DNA of 20,000 nt from an uncultured virus (IMG/VR IMGVR_UViG_3300020046_010987) (taxonomy: Duplodnaviria > Heunggongvirae > Uroviricota > Caudoviricetes): the IMG/VR virus record IMGVR_UViG_3300020046_010987. The stretch is one strand, 5' to 3'. Each line of letters opens with the position of its first letter. The stretch's first letter is position 1. Position numbers and translations under genes: made by a program. Below are positions 7,844 to 14,600 of this stretch, in pieces. The notes under the pieces are model-generated. The model saw only the letters and a list, made by a program, of their open reading frames with translations, did not search any database and was not told where the DNA came from.

Positions 7844-9305
7844 GCGCTAGGGGAGGAGTAGCATGGGCTTGCGCGCGTTCCAATATGCGACGTAACTGCT
7901 GATTCAGCCGTTCTTTGTCTGCACTTACCTGCGTGAGGTACGCGTCAGCCGTCATCTCGGGTTGCACACCAAAGAACTTGCCTAGATGCCCCTGCGGGAT
8001 GGAAGACAAATACTGTTCTACGCGAACGTTGCGCTGATCTTCGGGTAAATGCGCGTGGCTCTTATAGCGGATCCCCCGCCCAATCACCTGATTCAGCCGT
8101 TCGGCGTTCCAAGCAGGTTCGAGTAACTGCAGCTGCCGTGTCCCCTTCAGGTCCAGGCCTTCGCCGCCCGCGCTCGAGACGAGGAGCGCACGGAGTTTGC
8201 CCCGATTGTAGTCACGCACGGCCTGCTCCCGCTCACCGCGCCCCATTTCGCCGGTGAACGACGCGTATGGGATCTGGTGCTTGTCGAGGAGGGCCTGGTA
8301 GGGCCCGAGGCCCGCTTGCAGGTAGTTCGAGTAGACGACTGCCCGATGCTCCGGGTTCTCTGCAATGGCTTTCTGCAGACGCTCGAATGCGGCGTGCTGC
8401 TTCGTCGCACCCAGCAGCGGGTCCATCCCTTGCTGGAACACGTGCGGGGAGAGCTGTGCCTGCCGCGCGCCGGTCATGAACGCGTTGAGATCGGCAGCTT
8501 CGGCCTTCGAAGGGGGTAGCCCGTGCCTCACCTTGTACTGCATCCAGGCAGGGGCCTTGCCAAGCACCGTGTCGTAGACGTCGCGCTGCTCGCTCGACAT
8601 CGGCACGGAGATGGTCTCATCGATACGGTCGGGGAAATCACCTCCGCCGCCTTCGTGGTAGTCGACCCACTTCTTCGCGACGTCCTCGAGCTCCTGCTGG
8701 CGCGTGAGCTCCTGCACCTCGCCGGGTTTGATGCCGCGAAAGGTGCGTGCGAAGAATCCAGGGTCGATGCGGCGCGTGCGCACGTACCGATCTTCGAACT
8801 CCTGCTTGTTCGCCGGCAGGACCTTCTCCCCTGCAGCAAGGTTCACGAGGGGCGCGAGATCGACGGGGTGGTTGTAGGTGGGGCTCGCGGTCATGTACAG
8901 GCGCTTCGCAGCCTGTTGTCCGAGTTGCTTCGCGGCACTGTAGCTCTTCGTCGAAGGGTCGCGGACGCGGTGCGCCTCATCCATGATCAGGAAACCGCCC
9001 GCAGGGTCGACGCTCTCGGGGCGCATCGTCGTGCGCTGCAGCGAGTGCACTTCAGGCCGCGCTGCCCCCGTCGTGAGGTGCTTGTCGAGCTCCTTCTCGT
9101 AGTTGCCCTGGAGCGAGGCAGGCACGACAGCGTGCGCAGGCAGCCCGAGCGCCTGTGCGGCGCCGATGCTTGTGAGGGTCTTGCCGCTGCCGAGGCCGTG
9201 GATGGCTACGAGCCCCGGCTGGTCATCTGCAGACAGCCGGTCGCCCACACGTTGCTGGTGCGGTTGCAGCGTGGTGCGAAGAGCTTCGGCGCCCTCGAGC
9301 GGCAT
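7830..9305 (-). CDS. SF2/SNF2-type helicase-ATPase resembling poxvirus/NCLDV D6/D11-like proteins
   Basis: Q-motif LQPHQ, Walker A HGLGSGKT, DEAH, TASP, and AGGEGLDLKGTRQLQLLEPAWN..R..QVIGRGIRYKSH..LP...RNV. The start at ATG 9305 overlaps the upstream stop (TGATG) and has GGAGG upstream. Confidence 0.9.
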   Translation of the reverse strand: MPLEGAEALRTTLQPHQQRVGDRLSADDQPGLVAIHGLGSGKTLTSIGAAQALGLPAHAVVPASLQGNYEKELDKHLTTGAARPEVHSLQRTTMRPESVDPAGGFLIMDEAHRVRDPSTKSYSAAKQLGQQAAKRLYMTASPTYNHPVDLAPLVNLAAGEKVLPANKQEFEDRYVRTRRIDPGFFARTFRGIKPGEVQELTRQQELEDVAKKWVDYHEGGGGDFPDRIDETISVPMSSEQRDVYDTVLGKAPAWMQYKVRHGLPPSKAEAADLNAFMTGARQAQLSPHVFQQGMDPLLGATKQHAAFERLQKAIAENPEHRAVVYSNYLQAGLGPYQALLDKHQIPYASFTGEMGRGEREQAVRDYNRGKLRALLVSSAGGEGLDLKGTRQLQLLEPAWNAERLNQVIGRGIRYKSHAHLPEDQRNVRVEQYLSSIPQGHLGKFFGVQPEMTADAYLTQVSADKERLNQQLRRILERAQAHATPPLAHEKT

Positions 9306-10240
9306 CACACGCCTCCGTAGGACATCCCAGCGCCGGTCTGCATGTTTCCGCCCTGCGTTCCGCTGCCGTCTACGTTCGCCACCGCGCCCCAGGACGGGGA
9401 CGACGTGCGCTGCGCAAGCTCGGACTCCGCGAAGGACTCGGTGCCAGGGCCTACTTCGTGCCCCTCGCCCTCGGCGATGGCTGCGACGAGATCGTCGGCG
9501 ATGTCCGCGAGCTTCAGCGCAGGAACGCCGCCGGCTGCATGCAGGCGCTGCTGCGTGGTGTCGTACTGCGCCCGCGTACGCTGCGGGATGTCGTGGGCGG
9601 AGTCCACCGCGATGCCGGCACCCGTGTGTCCGAGGCCGCCTCCGATCACGCCGCCGAGGAGCTTGCGCCCCATGCCGCCGGGCGTGGCCTTGAAGCCGGC
9701 GTAGGCGCCGCCCAGGGCGCCCGCACCTTGGGCGAGTCCGCGCACGTCACGGTGACGCTGCACCTCTTGCGGCGTGTCGAAGGCGAGCTCCATGCCGAAC
9801 TTCTCGAGCGCCCTCTTCGCGCCGCGCTTCTTCGCATGCGATGTGACCCTGCGAGCTACATCGTCCGTGAACGGCGCGAAACTCCGCAGGGTACTGCGGA
9901 GATCGTCGTAGTCGGTGTCGTCGTCCTTCTTCTTTGCAGCCGCTGCCTTCAGCGCTCCTTCGAAGAGGGAGTCGAACTGCGGACTCGCGAGTGTCGGGGC
10001 ATTCCACCCCGAGCGGGATGCGAGCCACTTCGAGGAAGTCGGACCTGCGGCGTCCCCGAGTGCGCGTGCCCGAGCGAGCCCCTGCTGCGTAATCCGGTCA
10101 GTCACTGCTCGCGAGCGGTTCTGCAACGCTTGCGCGCCAGTGGGACCGAGCTTCGTCGAGAAGAGACGCTGCGCGAGAGGCGCAGCTTCTGCTGAGAAGA
10201 TGGGCGCAGCGAGCTTCAGGAGCTGTTCGGGGGAAAGCAC
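9305..10240 (-). CDS. Hypothetical glycine-zipper protein with K-x-A motifs (putative virion protein)
   Basis: 311-aa ORF with a GTG start, translationally coupled to the helicase. Contains GAGALGGAYAG, LLGGVIGGGLG and KLAA, KAAA, KLAD. Confidence 0.75.
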   Translation of the reverse strand: MLSPEQLLKLAAPIFSAEAAPLAQRLFSTKLGPTGAQALQNRSRAVTDRITQQGLARARALGDAAGPTSSKWLASRSGWNAPTLASPQFDSLFEGALKAAAAKKKDDDTDYDDLRSTLRSFAPFTDDVARRVTSHAKKRGAKRALEKFGMELAFDTPQEVQRHRDVRGLAQGAGALGGAYAGFKATPGGMGRKLLGGVIGGGLGHTGAGIAVDSAHDIPQRTRAQYDTTQQRLHAAGGVPALKLADIADDLVAAIAEGEGHEVGPGTESFAESELAQRTSSPSWGAVANVDGSGTQGGNMQTGAGMSYGGV

Positions 10241-10313
10241 CTCCGCAGCGTATCACAGAGGCCTTTCGAGGGAAGGGCTCCGAAAGCGGCGGCAGGGCAC
10301 GGTAGAAGCACGT

Positions 10314-10982
10314 ATGAAAGCTCCCTCCTCACGGTATTGGTCTGCGAAGACCTGCACAAAGATCGCGGACAAGGCGCTCTGCTACCTCACAGGGGACACG
10401 GGCGCGTTTGGCGTGTTCACAAACTCCCCGCACGCGGCTATCGAAGGGTTCGTGCACGAGCTTGGGCACTACTGGGCCGTGTATCTGACCTCTGACAGTA
10501 GTGCAGATCGTCTCCTGCGCTTTCTGCTCAAGGACAGGCATCTGGATGACCACGTGGGGGTGATCTCAAACCTGGGCGGAACGGCAAAGGGCGATCGGCA
10601 TGAGATCGACGCGCTCGCAGCGACAATCTTGGTGCTCGAGCCCGTACTCGACGGCTTCAACCGCGAAGCCCTGCTGACGTTCGGACATGCGTCGCTCAGA
10701 GCTCGACCTGCGCTTCGTGACTCGAGCTACACCGCGCAAAAGGTCCTGAGTGCGATGAAGCGGCAGCGCACGCACATGATTGCAGACCGAGTCCGCACCA
10801 CGGTCACCGCGGTGATGAGACAATCCCCGGGCTGGGTAGCCCACCCGGAAGAAATCGCAGGCACGGCACGCGTCATCCGGAAGGAGCAGCGGGTACAAGC
10901 ACGGCTACGAAAATACGAAGAAGAACGTGACCGCGGGCTCCACGGAAAGAAGCGTCACGTTGCCAAAACCAACGGCATTTGA
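10314..10982 (+). CDS. Hypothetical protein with an HExxH motif (possible Zn metallopeptidase, ImmA/IrrE-like pattern)
   Basis: 3' part of track ORF 9915..10982. The start is placed at ATG 10314 to avoid overlapping the divergent gene. It has FVHELGHYW and a downstream HEIDALA. Confidence 0.6.
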   Translation: MKAPSSRYWSAKTCTKIADKALCYLTGDTGAFGVFTNSPHAAIEGFVHELGHYWAVYLTSDSSADRLLRFLLKDRHLDDHVGVISNLGGTAKGDRHEIDALAATILVLEPVLDGFNREALLTFGHASLRARPALRDSSYTAQKVLSAMKRQRTHMIADRVRTTVTAVMRQSPGWVAHPEEIAGTARVIRKEQRVQARLRKYEEERDRGLHGKKRHVAKTNGI

Positions 10983-11004
10983 GGGTAAAAGAAGATATAC
11001 CCCC
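10971..11004 (+). promoter_or_regulatory. Conserved upstream motif, copy 1 (AACGGCA-N4-AGGGTAAAAGA-N5-TAC-N-CCC)
   Basis: Nearly the same element occurs at 16317-16352; both lie 30-37 nt before a plus-strand ATG. Confidence 0.55.
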
Positions 11005-11022
11005 ACAGAAAGCCGCACCAAT

Positions 11023-11679
11023 ATGCCCCAATGGCCCGAAGAAACGTTCCAGACTTTCGTCACGAAGATGGCCCCTCTCTTCCCGCTTCCGGATGGCGCC
11101 TGGTGGCTCACGGCAGACATCGCCCCGGAGAACGCCGTTCTTTGTGCGGTGCACGCCGTACTAGGGCTGTGCCATCTCTACGTGCACCAACCCCACAAAC
11201 TGCCGTGCACCTACCTTCAAGAAGGGCTCGCGGCGTGCCGTGCAGGTGAAGGCGGTGTGTACAAGCAGGTAGCGCTGCTCTACGGCAACGATGCTCCTGG
11301 AGAGCATCCACACCCGCCTAAGCGGTGGAGTACGCCGACAACCCTCGTAGGGCTGCCCAACATCTATCACGAGAGAGCGTATCGAATCAACGGACCATTC
11401 CGGCAGAAGCTGCACGATCAAGAGAAGCGGCGCGCCACAGTAGCCGCACTTCGTGTGTTCAACAACGCCTGCGGAGATCGTTTCGATGAGGTCATCACGC
11501 AGAACGCCCTCGCGGAGCAGCCGCGAACCAGGCATGCGGACATCCGTGCTGCGCTTGCTCTTTCAGTGCGCCTCGAAGACGAACACATGATCGTCACGGT
11601 GGTGCAGCGCACGATCTCGGAGTTCCTCGAGCTGGAAGGCTTGTGGCCCGGGTGCATGCGCGAGAGATGGGCGAAGTAG
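11023..11679 (+). CDS. Hypothetical protein (218 aa)
   Basis: Track ORF 10927..11679 with a probable ATG at 11023. It fills the gap and ends 1 nt from the convergent RNAP stop. No family recognised. Confidence 0.65.
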   Translation: MPQWPEETFQTFVTKMAPLFPLPDGAWWLTADIAPENAVLCAVHAVLGLCHLYVHQPHKLPCTYLQEGLAACRAGEGGVYKQVALLYGNDAPGEHPHPPKRWSTPTTLVGLPNIYHERAYRINGPFRQKLHDQEKRRATVAALRVFNNACGDRFDEVITQNALAEQPRTRHADIRAALALSVRLEDEHMIVTVVQRTISEFLELEGLWPGCMRERWAK

Positions 11680-11680
11680 T

Positions 11681-14600
11681 TCAGCCGATCTCGATGGGAG
11701 TCTCGAGGGTGATCTCGCCCCGCTTGTACGCGGCCATCGCGGCTGCCTTGTCCTTGAACTTCTTCGAAGCGCCCTTCGCGGCGCCCGAAGTAGCAAGGTA
11801 GGCGCCGATGATGGCTTCGTGCTGTGGGAAGATGATGAGATCGCCCCGGGCCTTGTCGGTGAACAGGAGCTTACTCAGCGTGAGGTTCTTGGCCTCCTCG
11901 ACGGCCTTCGGGGATACCGGCACATGCAGCTGCATGGCGTCGCCGTCGAAGTCGAGGTTCATGCCCTTCTCGATGAAGGGGTTCACGCGGAATGAGGTCC
12001 CAGAAACCGCTACAGGGAAGGCGGCCACGAAGTTGTGCTTATGGAGCGACGGTGCTCGATTCACGAACACCGGCCGTTCTTTTAGCTCTCGGTCGAAGAC
12101 GACCTTCGCGGCAGGGTGGCGCTCCTGCACCATCTCCTGTGCGCGGGTCGCGGCGTAGCCCTGCCCGATGAGGCCCTTCATGACGAACTTGTCGTACGTC
12201 TTCCAGAGCATGTCCTCGGGCACCCCGATCTGGTCCATGTCGAGGGTGTTGTCGGGCGTCGCGGTGGCGCGGCCCGATAGGTCTTGCTGCCGCTTCAAGA
12301 TCTTCTTGAAGAGGAAGCCGCTCTTCGGACTGCCTGCGCCGGTCACCTGCGTGACGAAGCCCTTCACGCCGCGGCCTTGAAGCTGCGGTGATGTGGGCTC
12401 GCGGGTGCCTGCGAGCGCTGCGTGGGCGTCGTAGAGGTGCTTGCGTGCGGAGCCGATGAGCTCGGGGAGCTCGGTCTCCTTCGCGGCCTTCAGGCCCGCT
12501 GCGGCCAGCGCCACGTCGCGGTAGAGGTAGTTCGCATCTGAGATCTGAAGCTCTCCCGAGCGCTGGCTCGGCAGGATCGGCCGCATGATGGGCGGGATGA
12601 CCGGCACGAGCGTCGGGAAATACGCGTCGCCGGCCTTCACGCCGTGCGACTTCAGCGCGCGGACGTACTTCAGCTGCTTGACGACGTCGTCGAGCGCCGA
12701 GGCACGNNNNNNNNNNNNNNNNNNNNNNNNNNNNNNNNNNNNNNNNNNNNNNNNNNNNNNNNNNNNNNNNNNNNNNNNNNNNNNNNNNNNNNNNNNNNNN
12801 NNNNNNNNNNNNNNNNNNNNNNNNNNNNNNNNNNNNNNNNNNNNNNNNNNNNNNNNNNNNNNNNNNNNNNNNNNNNNNNNNNNNNNNNNNNNNNNNNNNN
12901 NNNNNNNNNNNNNNNNNNNNNNNNNNNNNNNNNNNNNNNNNNNNNNNNNNNNNNNNNNNNNNNNNNNNNNNNNNNNNNNNNNNNNNNNNNNNNNNNNNNN
13001 NNNNNNNNNNNNNNNNNNNNNNNNNNNNNNNNNNNNNNNNNNNNNNNNNNNNNNNNNNNNNNNNNNNNNNNNNNNNNNNNNNNNNNNNNNNNNNNNNNNN
13101 NNNNNNNNNNNNNNNNNNGCGTTGAACTTCTGCGTGACGAACGGCGTCTTCGGCGCCGGCGGCGGCAGCCCGAACTCGAGCGCACGCCAGTACTCGTCCG
13201 ACTTCTCGGACTTCACGGTGAGCACGTCCTTGAGCACGTTGCGCGCGTTGTGCGCGAGCAGCGTGTTGATCTCCATCTTGCCAAGGCCTTTCGCACCTTC
13301 GTCGCCGCCCTTGGTCGGCTGCAGGTTCACGTCGTAGCTCGTGACGCCGCGTGCTGCGTAGTTCGTCTCGCCGCTCTTGAAGAGCTTGAGGATGTAGCTG
13401 CGTCCGACGAACACCTTCGGGATGCTGCGCCCCGAGACCGGGTCATAGACCGTCTCCTTGTCGGAGATGCCGTGTTCCTTCAGCAGCTTCTTTGCGTACT
13501 CGACGTTGCTGTGGTCCTGGAACTGCGGGATGACGAGCGGCTTGCCTGTCTTCTCGACCACCTTGCCCAGGGCACCTTCGACGACCTGCGCGGGGTTGAT
13601 GCGCGAGATGATGCCCGCGCTCGTGAAGAGCACGTCGATCGGCTTGCCTGCTTCGTCCTGCACCATCTTGTGCTGCGGGATGATCTCGGACACGACGCCC
13701 TTGCCGCCGAAGCGGTTCGCGAGCTTGTCGCCGATCTTCATGGCCTCGTGCGTGCGCACCGTGACGACGACCTGCCGCGCGGCGTTCACCGCATCGATCG
13801 CCTCCCCGTCCGTGTGGTGCTCCCACATCACCGCTGCGTCACGGTAGGGCTTCACGAGGCTCTTGTGCAGGTGCCCGAGCATTGCGGCCTCGGGAGAGGG
13901 CGTCGCTTTCTCGAGCGCGAGCACGATAGGGTCGCCAGGGCTGAAGTGCGCCCCCGGCTTCGCCACACCGTTGTCGTCGAGCTTGTCGAGCTGCGCCTTC
14001 GTGAAGCGCATGCCGAAATACGCCATGTACTTCGCCTTGCCCTGGAGCGTGTCAGGTCCCTTGCGCAGGACCTCCTTGTACATGTGCTCGCTCGTCAGCT
14101 TCTTCGCGGCCGCCTCCGAAATCACGACCGCGTCGTTGCTGTTTTTTCCGTAGTAGGCGAGGTACGCGACCGACAGGTTCTTACCGAGCGCCATCGTGCC
14201 GTTGCGGGTGAAGTTGCTCTCGGCGAGCGTCTGCCCCGGCGTAACCGTGTCTCCCACCTTCGCCGTGACGTCATTGTGCAAGTACGTCTTCGCCGCGAGG
14301 GGGAAGTGCGTGTCGTACGGGAGCTTGATGAGCCCCGTGTCCGAAGACGCGATCTTCGCGTCCGAGAGATGCTCCGGAGGCGTGATTGCGAGATCGTCGA
14401 GGCCGTCTTCTTCGTCGAGGTCGTAGTCCTCGTAAGCCGCCTGCTTGGCCCAGAGCGTCTCTTCAGGAGTTGTCTCTCGCGCAGGCGCTTCGATGAGGTC
14501 GTCAGAGACGGCAGCGTGCTTCTCCGCATGCGGCCGGATGTAGATGTAGTCCGCGTCGATCTTCTCGACGGTGCCGTGCACGGACGAGGTGGGCACGGTG

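Noticed and set aside
10262..10286. Imperfect inverted repeat CTTTCG...CGAAAG between divergent genes as an operator or terminator
   Set aside because: Short bulged stem, no U-tail, and no second copy in the window.
9915..10313. N-terminal part of the 355-aa plus-strand ORF
   Set aside because: It overlaps the 9305-10240 gene on the other strand; ATG 10314 is more plausible.
14333..14530. Intein in the RNAP beta insert
   Set aside because: Too short, and it lacks the N-terminal C/S and C-terminal HN-[CST] splice motifs.
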